Source: Flectonema sp. DT1601
Taxonomy: Eukaryota
Assembly (NCBI GenBank): GCA_964019425.1
Contig: OZ025789.1
Coordinates: 496,001 to 560,000, forward strand
DNA length: 64,000 bases
Reading direction: 5' to 3'
A program made the position numbers and the translations under genes. Below are positions 11,381-22,441 of this stretch, piece by piece. Every line of letters begins with the position of its first letter. Positions within the stretch are counted from its first letter, which is position 1. A model generated the notes under the pieces. That model ran no database searches, had not been told where the DNA came from, and saw only the letters and a list, made by a program, of their open reading frames with translations.

Positions 11381-12424
11381 AACTTGACGGCGGTTGGATT
11401 ACTGATATAAATCACTCTTGTTTTGAGCCAGTTACTTAAATCACTATTTTCGAGCATCTTATTTTCATATTATTTGCGCAATTTTTTTTTCTTTTTTTTT
11501 TTTTCTTTTTTTTTGTTTGTTCTCTACCTTTAGAGGTAGTAGTTGAGAATTAAATCACAACCCAATGTAACGTTTTTTTTTTTTTTTTTTTTTTTTTGTT
11601 GTCTGGAAAATCGATGGTGAAGCTTTGTGTGTGATCCGTTGGCCCAGAAGACGTAATAATTTGATGCGGAAGTGGAAGTGCTTACCAAAAATATTCAGTT
11701 GGATTCTTAATTTAAAATGACTCCTCTCAGAAGTGGAGAAGGACGGCACCCGTACCATTCTGCGTCTTTATTGATTTATAGACCTTCTATGGTATGAAAA
11801 ATTGTTTTTATATTACTGTATCCCCGTTTTCCTCCCCTGACTCTTCATCTTGTATTTGTCATAGTAGTTGGGCCTTCCGAAAAAAAACCGCTTGCGTACC
11901 TCATCAGCACCAACCCGACGGGATTTGGAATATCCTGGCAGAGTTTTGTTATCCTTCCAATTCCCTGTCCAATTCCCTGTTTGTGTCAAACTCCTTTTTT
12001 TTTTCTTCTCGTTTGCTTTTTTTCTGGTCGGTTAAGAAAATACTCCCAAAAATTCCCTGTACCCTGTCTCTTCAGCTTTCTTGACTTACCATTCTGTCAA
12101 CGAGAGTTGTATGAGAAAAAAAAAAAACCAAAAAAAAAAAAAAAAAACCAAGAACCGAGGAAAAATAATAAAAAAAAAAAAAACAAAACAAAATCCACTT
12201 TTAACAAAAATGCTGAATAGCCAGCCAGCTATAGTGATTTTTTAAACTCAAAGGTGAATTACGTTATTTTTTGAAAAGTTTTTTTTTTTTTTTTTTGTGA
12301 GTAAGTAACTTTTCAAGTTTTAATATTTGTTTTGTTTTCTTTCTTTAGTTCTAACCGATTGCACGAGTAGTAATAGTTTATTTCTGTTCTCAATTTTAAT
12401 CTGATCCCCCCCCTCAGTAAAAGA

Positions 12425-12815
12425 CATTACTTTTATGTTCAAAGCACGTCACTCCCAGTATCAAAATTTTACCCTCTCAGCAATACAAGGATAAAGAGAC
12501 ATGTACGCAGATAAGTTAGAAACATTGATTATATAGAAACATTGATTATAATCTAGAGCAAGTACGTCAATTGCAGAGTGTTAGCCTGTATTAACATTTT
12601 TAGTCACTGTGTCATGAGTTCTGATACAATACAGAGATTTATATTCGTATGAACCTAATCAAACAGTCTTCCCCCCCCCTCATTATCGTTATGTTGTTTA
12701 TGATACAATACATTTGTATTTTACGTACAAAATCAAACAGTTAACCCCCCTCATTACTTTTATGTTCAAAGCACGTCACTCCCAGTATCAAAGTTTTACC
12801 CTCTCAGCAATACAA
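12425..12815. repeat. Repeat family R2: 64-bp direct repeats (12425-12488, 12752-12815) around a core also present at 45856-46049
   Basis: The direct repeats differ at 1 position; 12682-12731 is identical to 45979-46028. Confidence 0.85.
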
Positions 12816-12910
12816 AGATAGTTGACATTCATTGTATGGAATGCAACTATTTTTAATCAAATATGCAATATACATTATATTAACTAGTCTCCTCACAGTA
12901 GAATATTATT

Positions 12911-14014
12911 ATGCCTTACAAACTACTAATTGTTAGTCACAATTTTCGCAGAGAAGGTGCTCAACTGGTCGCTTCGACACTTGCGATTGAACTGACTAAA
13001 GTTGGATTCGACATTGAAATCATAGGACTCGGTGAAGGGATCTTATCTGATGAACTGACTAAGGAAGGGATCATGAACAGTGTGGTTACCATGAATGAAG
13101 CAGTTTTAAAGTGTACATCCGACTCATACAATCACATTCTAGTAAACACGATCATGATTCATAAGTTAGTAGCGTTAGTAACTTCATCTATTTCAACAAC
13201 ACCACTAACCTGGTTGATCCACGAATCAGATATTCACACTTTGATTAGTTCTGATAAATCAATAGCAGAAACACTTCAGAGTGGTGCTACCACTAAATGT
13301 TTTAAAGTTGCTTTTGTATGTCAATCAGCTGTTAGTGAGTATAAAACCTACCTGGATAACAATGGTGTTTCAACTCTAAATCTGACTTACATTCACAACG
13401 GAGTCAACGCAAACTACGTCAGGTCGTTTCTTTCTCATAGAAATGGTCTGCGATCTCAGATGAATTTTAGGTCAACAGATTTAGTATTAATTACTGCGGG
13501 AACTCCAAAACCCAGAAAAGGTCAACTTGGGATAGTTAAATTATTATCAAAATTGAAAAATCCTAATTTGAAACTTGTGATCGTAGGAATGGGAGGTCCT
13601 GATCAAGAATACGAAAATCTTATAAAATCAGAATCGAGTTTGATTTCTGAAAGCGTTGTCTTAGTAGACAGAGGACCAGCAGAACATGTGTACAAATATC
13701 TTTCAGCAGCTGATGTTTATGTGTGCAACAGTGTTATTGAATCTTTTCCACTTGCAATTTTAGAGGCAATGTCATTATCACTACCGGTAGTGTCGACGAA
13801 TATTAACGGCATCCCTGAACAGGTATGTTCTGGTGCTCAAGGTATCTTATATGATAATGAGGAACAGTTTGAATCAGCTCTTCGCTCATTAACTGATGTA
13901 GTTGTGAGAGAAGAAATGGCGAAAGCAGCGAGTAAACGAATTGATGAGAAGTTTGACCTGAATAACATGACCACTAGTTGGAAAAATCTCTTGCAATTGG
14001 CATCCGCTGAATGA
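12911..14014 (+). CDS. Glycosyltransferase family 4 (GT-B)
   Basis: SH...GAQ N-terminal motif, IHNGV, PRKGQ, and ESFPLAILEAM...PVVSTNINGIPE (EX7E). Confidence 0.9.
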   Translation: MPYKLLIVSHNFRREGAQLVASTLAIELTKVGFDIEIIGLGEGILSDELTKEGIMNSVVTMNEAVLKCTSDSYNHILVNTIMIHKLVALVTSSISTTPLTWLIHESDIHTLISSDKSIAETLQSGATTKCFKVAFVCQSAVSEYKTYLDNNGVSTLNLTYIHNGVNANYVRSFLSHRNGLRSQMNFRSTDLVLITAGTPKPRKGQLGIVKLLSKLKNPNLKLVIVGMGGPDQEYENLIKSESSLISESVVLVDRGPAEHVYKYLSAADVYVCNSVIESFPLAILEAMSLSLPVVSTNINGIPEQVCSGAQGILYDNEEQFESALRSLTDVVVREEMAKAASKRIDEKFDLNNMTTSWKNLLQLASAE

Positions 14015-14312
14015 TATTCTTGCTTGGAATAATTGCACAGAGGGCTTTTCGGCTGTTAACGTTGAATCTTTTTTTTTTTTTTTTTTTTTCCTTTCTTAAA
14101 TTCACAGACACCGTTACAAGAGAACTGGTGGCAGTAGCTTATTACATGTTCTGTTGTCCCCCCACGATCGTTTTTTTTTTTTGTTGTTTTTTTTACACTA
14201 AATTGTGAAGTGATCTCGTTTTTCCATGATTTAAATTTCTTCTTCCCCATTCTATTCAGAAATCAATCACCTCTCATAGCACCCCACACATGTAGGATGC
14301 TGTCTAGGCTAA

Positions 14313-17175
14313 ATGGGAAATTCAAGTCATCGTGATAGTGGTGAGCCCGCCGTTCGAGATAGACGAGATCAGTCAGCTGTGGTGTTGGGTCTTAGTAGTG
14401 GTGTGTTATTCTCATTGCAAGCATCGGCCTTAGCAGAGTTCGACACCGATGAGTTTATATTCGCATTGGGATTTCACGCTTTCATGGCATTGGCGTTTTT
14501 ATTTGTTTTACTGTGGATATGGATTGATAAGGGTAGTCTACCTGTTTCAACGGGAAGATGGGTTTTTGGTTTAATATTCACGGCAATGCCATTTCCTTGG
14601 TGGCTTAGCAAACCGGGACTGGGTTTTCTTAGACCGGTATTTCATGGTCATCCGGCTGTTTTATCTGCATTCTTACTAATGGGTGGGTCTATTCATATGG
14701 AGGGCGCGCTGTTAACGGTATTTCACTTAATCATTACCCTGACGTGCGTGATCTATGACATTGCTAAGAGTGAGTGTCTCGTTGATGAGATAAGTTTGGG
14801 ATTTTCTTGCACACAATTACACGTTCAATTTTTAATTGTCGTGGTGGCTGTAGATTCTTTGTGTCACATCACTCTTTTGATTTTATCAAAAAAATTACAA
14901 CACGAGATCATGGTAGCTGACGTACTTGTAAGCAATTGTTTACCTGAAGCTGTTTCTGTTGATTTGAAACAGCAAATCTCAGATGCGGTGACCGAAGCTG
15001 CCAGTCATCGTTCACAGAAGGTAGTTAAAGATCATCTCAGAGAACAACCAGCTCTTATTGGTTTCTATGTGCAATCTCAAGTAGGTATTCATGAAGGAGT
15101 GAGCGTACTGTTTGCAGATATTGTTCATTTCACTCACGCTTCAGGAACTGTATCACCCCATGCGTTGGTGACTGTTTTACGTGACGTTTTTAAGGAACTC
15201 GATTGGCTTTGCATTTCCATGAATATCGAAAAAATCAAAACTGTTGGAGATGCCTACATGGCATGTGGTAACCTCTCCCGAGGACCTTCAAGCAAAGCTG
15301 CAATCTATCAAGGTGCGCATGCTGCCTTACAACTTGGTCGTTCAATATGCGAGCTTCAAGGATTTCGAATTGGAAGTGAACCAGTTCAATTCCGTGTCGG
15401 AATCCACACTGGGCCATTAGTTTCCGGAGTAATAGGATTGACTAAGTTCTCATTTGATGTTTGGGGAGACACTGTTAACATTGCTTCGAGGATGGAGACT
15501 TGTGGTCTTGCAGGTCGTGTTCAAGTCTCAAGTGAGACATATACTATAATAAATTCCCCTTCACTGTTCTCACACTCTCGTAGTATTTCCGTCAAGGGTA
15601 AGAGCAATCTAGTGGCTCACGTGCTTGATACTGTCCAAATTGGTAATGCTGAATGTATGTTTTATCCCACTGTGCACCCCCTGAGTAGTTTTTTTTACCA
15701 AACCACAAATCTCAATATTAAAATTCACGAAAATTCACGATTATTCACCATGTTTTTGGCAGTGAATTTTCGTGAATTTTCGTGAATTTTCGTGATAGGT
15801 AGTGACAACTCGTGACAAACCGTGAAGGATCGTGAAAATTCGTGAAACCACCCCTGTCGATCGCCTCATAGACATAGCAGTTCTCAATGACTTCGAATTG
15901 ATTTCCATTTCTAATCTGATCTGTGCTACCAGCTGCGTGTCTGCTTTTTGTTTCCTTAAATTCTTGCTTTCTCCCATAAATCCAGTTTCGAAGAGTGATC
16001 TCATTAACACATCGTTCTCGGCTTTTATTTTTAGCCATTCAAGGGAGGGTCCCTTTGAAAGAGGGTGGCAGTGACAAACAGCCCAGAAAACTTCATTTTT
16101 ACTGGGATTTTTACCCAGTAAGGTCAGTACGAGTTCAAATTCATTGTTCTGCAAAAATGACACCATCAGCTTTAGGATTTTCACCAGGTCTACACCACCT
16201 GTGCTCACTTCTATTCAGCACCTCTATTATGAAATTACTGTATAACTAAATCTAAACAGTCGCTCACTCTAGCGGTGGCACTAATACACCGACATCATCG
16301 CGATCATCACAGTCTACTGGAGGAGGAAGAGATACGTGGTGTCGTATGTGATAACATATTCATATCATGTGGATATTCTTTTTTATGAGCTACGTTTTTT
16401 TTGTCAAAAAAAAAAAAAAAAATCAGAAAAAACGGATATGCACAGATCATCTGACGTGTCCTCTTCGATAGCATCGACGTCTTCAATAAATTCCCCGAGT
16501 GCTAAGAGAAGTTTTATGAATAATCCTCTTGTTGTTGGACCAACATTCTTTCATCGGCTGAGTAATGCAAGTTCATTGCAGTCTGGTCAGAGTTCCTCAA
16601 ACCTACTTGTCAGTAGCAGTCCTGTTATGATTTCTAGAGATCCTTTGGAACGCTCTCAACGACAATCATTATCACCGGTTGTGTTTTCAAATGAAAAAAA
16701 GAAGGAAAAAACAGCTGAAAAAGCAAAACAAAAATTAGAATGTCGTGTGTCATTTGGGGCAAGCCTTGCAGATGATTTCACACCAATGATGTCACCACGG
16801 ATGCCTAGAATGCAGAACAGTGATGTTGAAGGGTGGCTGTTGAGTAATAGCTTAGTTAGTTTTATAGAAGTGTTCAAAGAACATAATTGGGATTCACTAC
16901 GAACCGTATCAAGTTTGCAATCAGAGGACCTCGACCTGATGAATATCACGACAGCAGGTCATCGTAGAGCTATTCTTACTGCTGTTAGTGAGCTACGAGA
17001 TTACTTATGCGCAAATCCGAACGCAATGACAGAAACGAGGGAGGATTTGATTGTTTCCTTTCCAGAGCCTGAGACGGCAGTTACATTGTTATCAGTAAGT
17101 TCTGATAACAATACTAGTCGCAGTCCTGATTCTAGAAAACAGTGGTCAGAAGGAACTGGTAATTTAAACGTATAA
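14313..17175 (+). CDS. Multi-TM class III adenylyl cyclase with C-terminal SAM domain (3 exons)
   Basis: Several TM helices, then VLFADIVHFT, KIKTVGDAYM, GIHTG and FDVWGDTVNIASRME. Introns 15655-16259 and 16344-16426 (both GTATGT..CAG, phase 1) join the ORF in frame to the 16336 ORF, which holds a SAM domain (VEGWL..F...F.....D....I...GHRRAIL). Confidence 0.8.
15668..16215. mobile_element. Probable transposon remnant inside the cyclase intron (phased 10-bp repeats + minus-strand ORF fragment)
   Basis: This intron is 605 nt versus 65-194 nt for the others. CACTGTG at 15668; TCAC x3 and GTGA x9 at exact 10-bp spacing; 155-codon minus-strand ORF at 15741-16208. Confidence 0.45.
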
Positions 17176-17959
17176 GACAGCATGCATATAGTGTAGTCTG
17201 TTTCTTATTGTATTTCATCACTGTGAGTATGTATCCATTCCGAAGAATTAGTTCTCTCTCATTAATTTTTTTTTAATTTTATTTTTTTTAAAAATATTTC
17301 ATCAAGTACGGCTATAGGTGTTGCAGAATTTGTTTCGTCTCAGATCCCGCAAGGTTTTGTTATCCTTTGAGTATTCATAGCTCAAAGTTAGATGCCTAGA
17401 AGAACGAATAGCTTAGAAGAACAAAAAAAAAAAAAAAAAAAATTCTCAACTACCTTGCCAGGAGTTGAGAAGAGTTGCATTTAAAATTTTTAGAGAAGGT
17501 CGCACATTTTCTTTTTCCTTTTATATTTACACGTTGTGTGCTGACACTATTTGGCTAGTAAAGATTCCGCAAAATGCAAATGCCTTTCATGACTGTAAAC
17601 TGCACTACCCTTCTGGACTTGTTTTGGGGAGTTTATATAAGACATTCGCATAGTACACAAAAATAAAAAAATAAGGTCACTTAATTCATTCGAGGTATGC
17701 TCTTCCTCTCTGTGATCCATCGGACCATCAACTGACCTTAGCTCTGATGCTTCAGCAAATAAAAATAAAATAATTATTCAGAGTTTTTCCGTGAGTTGGT
17801 TTTTTTTTTCTCTTTTTTCTCCTTCTTTTTCTTCTTCTTCTTCTTTTTTTTTTTTTTTTTTTTTTTTTTGTTGTTGTTTTTTTTTTTAATTTGATTATTA
17901 TATTAATTTTCTCTAAAACAGTAAAAAAAAAAAAAAAAAAATCAAAAAAAAATAAATAA

Positions 17960-18451
17960 ATGACAAGGATAATAACATTACTGATAAGTGTCTATGCCGT
18001 GTCATGTTCACCCTGCATGGATGTGTTTGGAGGGGAAGTTGATGTCACGATATTGTATAAAGAGAAAGAGACAGCTGCATGGTGGTCCAACGGAATAGTA
18101 AAAACAAACAAAGACGAATATAAAATAACAATTGATGATTCAACTGATGATGATGATTGTGCAATCACTATCGGAGAACAAACGTATCCAGTACAACTTA
18201 CAAAAATTACATCAGGCTGGTTGGGTCTTTCAAAAACAACGAATTCCAACATTCAACTAGTGAGTACTCAACACTCAGTTGACATCTCCATTTCATACAA
18301 AGACGGAACAACTGCTCACATCACTGGTGAGAGATTGTATAACGGAAGGAAGAAATCTGTCAGCGGAGAGGGAATGAACATACAAAGCGTTGCGGTAGCG
18401 ATAATGCTTTCATTTATAATGTTTCGAGTCATGGGTACTAAAAGTAGATAA
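17960..18451 (+). CDS. Small protein with signal peptide and C-terminal TM helix, unknown function
   Basis: 163-aa ORF with a hydrophobic N-terminus and C-terminal VAVAIMLSFIMF; upstream TTTTCTCTAAAACAG. Confidence 0.75.
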   Translation: MTRIITLLISVYAVSCSPCMDVFGGEVDVTILYKEKETAAWWSNGIVKTNKDEYKITIDDSTDDDDCAITIGEQTYPVQLTKITSGWLGLSKTTNSNIQLVSTQHSVDISISYKDGTTAHITGERLYNGRKKSVSGEGMNIQSVAVAIMLSFIMFRVMGTKSR

Positions 18452-18842
18452 AAAAAAAAGTAATGAGAGAATTGTAAGAACAAAACTACCTCCGGCATCA
18501 ACACGTTCAGGCGATTTAATACATTCCGTCCACTAATTTACAGTTTTTTTTAAAAAAAAAAATAATAATAAAAACGAGATCGGGATATGGGTGTTGATTG
18601 TGTTTAATATTTTTAGTTAAGTTTTTCTTTTTTTTTTTTCCCGTTGACGCAGCGGATCGCTGAGGGCATTCTAAACTCACCATACTTTTATAACCCTTCT
18701 TTGCTAAATTATAACAGGTACACACACACATCCCCCAATATTTGTATTGCACATTGGTTTTAAGTTATGTCAATAATCTTTTCTACTGTCATTCCTTTCA
18801 TTCATATCCAGGACTCCTCGCTTTCTGGAATGCTGCTGTGAA

Positions 18843-20507
18843 ATGATTTTCGCAGCTGCTGTTTTTATTGCACTGATTCTCCCGATTATCTGTGGAGACA
18901 TTCATATCATATTTTCAACTGAGTGCACGGATTACTTTGATTGGCAAAGTAATGCTTTACTGTGGTCAATAAAACGAACATACACGGAACACAGTCTAGC
19001 AATCCCAAAGGTTACACGATTAACTGCATGTGATGATGATAAGGTTAGTTGGGATGGCTTTGAAGAAGGTTGGGGAGGGTATTCCAGTTCTTTCAATCAG
19101 TTTGTACACCAAACATATAATAAAGGTGGTGGTGACTGTAGCAATAATGATCCTCAGTCGCAAGCTGACTGCAACAGTTTTGACATATACCCGGCGTATA
19201 ATAAACCAGGATCTATCTTATCGTGGTTGGCTTCTGAGAATCCATCAGAAAAATATATCGTAACCCTTGACGCTGATCAAATTATTCGATTTCCGATAAC
19301 AACGCAGTTAGTTGAGAGTCTTGGCGTATCAATTGGTATTGCCACATCAGCTCGATATGATTATTTAAACGCTCTTGATAAAAATATTTTTATGGGAGTC
19401 AAGGATCGAATGCTTAGAACTCACGACAAGCAACAACAAACAGAAATTGAATCTCGATTCTCAAAAGTAGGTGGATTCTTTATTCATACGCTTGAAGATT
19501 TAAAGAAATTATCACCGAACTGGTTGCACTACACTCGACAAGTGCGCTCTTCAAAAGACTCATGGTCTCACACGGGTGATATTTTTAACTGCAAGTCCGC
19601 ACCAGCAGGTTGTACTGGACTGGAATGCAATTGTGAAAAGCCACCTTGGATAAGTGAAATGTATGGTTATGCTTTAGCAAGTGCTGAGGCTGGAATATCC
19701 CACAAGATAACGGACACTCTGATGGCGTATCCAGGGTATGATATTCCTGTTGATGCTCCATTTGGTCATCCAGCAGTAGTACACTACGGGCTGCTTTATG
19801 GTATTGAGTATCTGAATAAAACAATCAACGGAGATAAACAGTATTGGTGTTTTGATAAACATCGTTACTCTCAACGTGAATCACCAATGAAGTGTCCTGA
19901 TAGTGATAGAGGAGGACATCGAGTTATATTTAATGAACCTCCACATCTGTCAGACATCGTACTGTCTTCCTCTTCAAAAGTTTCTTTTGAATGTGCCTGG
20001 ACTATTGCAAATGCTACGATTGACTATCTGACGTCAAAGTGTTTCGGAATTGATTCTGATACTCCGTTGCTACGTCCTCTGAGTAGTCAAAGTAAGTGTT
20101 CTTGTAAGATGGTGAGTGGAGTCTTCTCGTGTGATGAATTGAAATCTAATAATAATAATGATAATCAAAGAACAACCTTTCAAACTGAGGATCCCGACGT
20201 TGAATGCACCGACGTTGATAAACGTCCTGGATATTGTTGTGATTGGTCTCGAAGTGGTGAATGTGAAACCAACAGAGGATACATGATTGTGAATTGTCGT
20301 CGTTCATGTGCTTTTTGCCTTTCAGCTCATTCCTGCCTCCCAGAACAGCGCAACACCACCAGCGGTAACAAGTCTGTATCTTGGGATTCTCGTAAAGTAA
20401 ATTCTCGAGGATCATCTATCCCACCCAGTCGATTGTTAGTATGGATGTCTGCCTCCGGATGGATAGTCGCAGCCTTGATGTTTGCTCGTATTAAAAATAT
20501 CATCTAA
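18843..20507 (+). CDS. Peptidyl-serine alpha-galactosyltransferase (SGT1/SERGT1, HPAT-related) like protein with ShKT domain and C-terminal TM
   Basis: FSTEC..YFDWQ, TRL..C, YPAYNKP, LDADQI and WISEMYGY match the plant/algal SGT1/HPAT pattern. C.D...C..W...GEC..N..YM...C..SC..C is ShKT-like. Signal peptide present. Confidence 0.85.
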   Translation: MIFAAAVFIALILPIICGDIHIIFSTECTDYFDWQSNALLWSIKRTYTEHSLAIPKVTRLTACDDDKVSWDGFEEGWGGYSSSFNQFVHQTYNKGGGDCSNNDPQSQADCNSFDIYPAYNKPGSILSWLASENPSEKYIVTLDADQIIRFPITTQLVESLGVSIGIATSARYDYLNALDKNIFMGVKDRMLRTHDKQQQTEIESRFSKVGGFFIHTLEDLKKLSPNWLHYTRQVRSSKDSWSHTGDIFNCKSAPAGCTGLECNCEKPPWISEMYGYALASAEAGISHKITDTLMAYPGYDIPVDAPFGHPAVVHYGLLYGIEYLNKTINGDKQYWCFDKHRYSQRESPMKCPDSDRGGHRVIFNEPPHLSDIVLSSSSKVSFECAWTIANATIDYLTSKCFGIDSDTPLLRPLSSQSKCSCKMVSGVFSCDELKSNNNNDNQRTTFQTEDPDVECTDVDKRPGYCCDWSRSGECETNRGYMIVNCRRSCAFCLSAHSCLPEQRNTTSGNKSVSWDSRKVNSRGSSIPPSRLLVWMSASGWIVAALMFARIKNII

Positions 20508-20630
20508 AACAGTTTTCATAACCAACTCAAAAAAGGGTAGTCTAAGTGTAGTAGTTGATTTTTTAATCTTATTATTATTCTCAATCACAGGGTTCCCTCA
20601 ACAGGGGAGGAACAAAGACATTAACACAAA

Positions 20631-22111
20631 ATGAGATGGATAACCACATTAATATTACTATTGGTATTGGTGTTGTCGGGAGGAGGTAATTTATTAGGAG
20701 GAAATATCGATTCTCATGAAGACAGAATTATTCTTACTGATTGGAGTACTTATTTAGTAAGACAACGGATGGAAGTTGAGCTTCCGATATTTAGAAATAA
20801 TGAAGAGAGAAGAATCTTAGCAGCTGCTGAGGAATTCGCTATCCAGCAACGATATCGAGAAGCTTTGACGCAGTATTTGCGAGTTCGTTCATTAGCTCCA
20901 ATTCCTAGTCTTCATTTTTTAGTTGGGATTACATGCGTCTATCTAGGAAGGTACCAACACGCTGAAGTAGCCCTTCGCAAAGCACAACACTTGTTAGAAA
21001 AAGATGACATTACAAAGGCTTCACCTGCAACAATTCGATTGTACTGCAGTACTTTGCTTCTCTTATCAAATCTCGCAGTACGAACTAACAATAAGTTGAA
21101 TTCAAATATTGTAACTGCGTTAAATACATCAGCGACTCATACATCGTTATCAGTTACTCAGAGATCATTCTTATATTCTGGAATGGCTGTGTTGTTGCTT
21201 CATGAAGGAAGGTATAAACAGGCTGAGTCACCAGCACTCGCAGCACACATACTTGACGGAAACAATACGATTGCACTTCATGTTTTAGGTTTCGTAAATA
21301 TGAAGCGATTTCTCTTTGCAAGGGCTCGAGATGTTTGTCATTTTATAATTTTTTTTTTTTTTTTTTTTTTTTTCCCCCATCCAAGGATTTAATAAGCAAA
21401 AAAAAAAAAAAAAAAAACAACAACAGTTTCTAAAGCAAGCAGTCACAGTTGAAGATTTACCGATGCATCATAAACTGTTAGTTAGATGTATTTGGGCGCA
21501 GTTTGAAGGTTTTGAGGTATGGAGATCGTTCTTTTATCAACCACATAATTACAACAACAACAACTAAACAATAACAACAACAGGGAGTCAGAGACAAAGA
21601 TGGATCAACAGCGGCTTATTTAGATATGAGTAAGCAATATGAAAATAGTTCAATAGCTTCCATGTCATTAGTGCTCTCTTATGCGAATGGAAAGAAATGT
21701 TTTAGCGCATTAAAAGAATCTCATCGAACGTTAGAACTAATGCTATCAGAGAAAGGAGGAGTTGCTTACGATCCTAAAGACACTTTGTTCGTTGAATTGC
21801 TGTCTGTTAGATTTGTTTGTTTAATACTACATGGAGGATATGTGAATGCCATTAGAGAAATGATTCAATACACTGACATGAGACATCCGGTAACAGCAGC
21901 GACAGCAACAGTGTTATCGGTTTGCTTTATTATAATTCTTGTATTGTCGATAGTGTTTGGATGGGAAGGGTCCATAATCGGAACATTCGGCCTCGTCCTC
22001 TTAGTACTAAGAGGAGTGTTAACAATGTTGTTACTGTCAGCCATAAGCTCCACATACCAACTGATGATTGATGAGCCATTTCCAGTACCGGGAGCCTTAA
22101 CTGTGTTGTAA
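20631..22111 (+). CDS. TPR-like repeat membrane protein (3 exons)
   Basis: Signal peptide, TPR-like helices (LGRYQHAEVALRKA, EGRYKQAE) and C-terminal TMs. Introns 21333-21426 and 21517-21583 (phase 0) join the 20631 and 21626 ORFs in frame. Confidence 0.8.
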
Positions 22112-22441
22112 TTTATAATATTTTTATTTCTGTTTTGTTATTTATTTGATATCCGTTTTGTACACTGAGGAGTAGTTTGCTAAAGAAGAGATTTCTAAAT
22201 TAACTGCTGAGAGCAAAAAAAAAAAAAAAAAAAAAAAAAAGGCGACCGACACATCATAACAAATTCTTATTGCAATATTTTTCTAAAAAAAAAAAATTAT
22301 TATGCTATCTCGTCTTCACAGTAGGGGGGTCTATAAAATAAATAGAAAAAAAAAAATTACTTTTCATTTAAAAGACCGTCGTCACTCATTACTTTCCCCT
22401 CACAGTGGAGCTGGGTGACGTATTGATGTCGTAAGAAGGAC

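Noticed and set aside
20489..20513. Possible 25-nt GT..AG intron at the end of the SGT1-like gene
   Set aside because: It is far shorter than the other introns (65 nt or more), and the ORF already ends sensibly after its TM helix.
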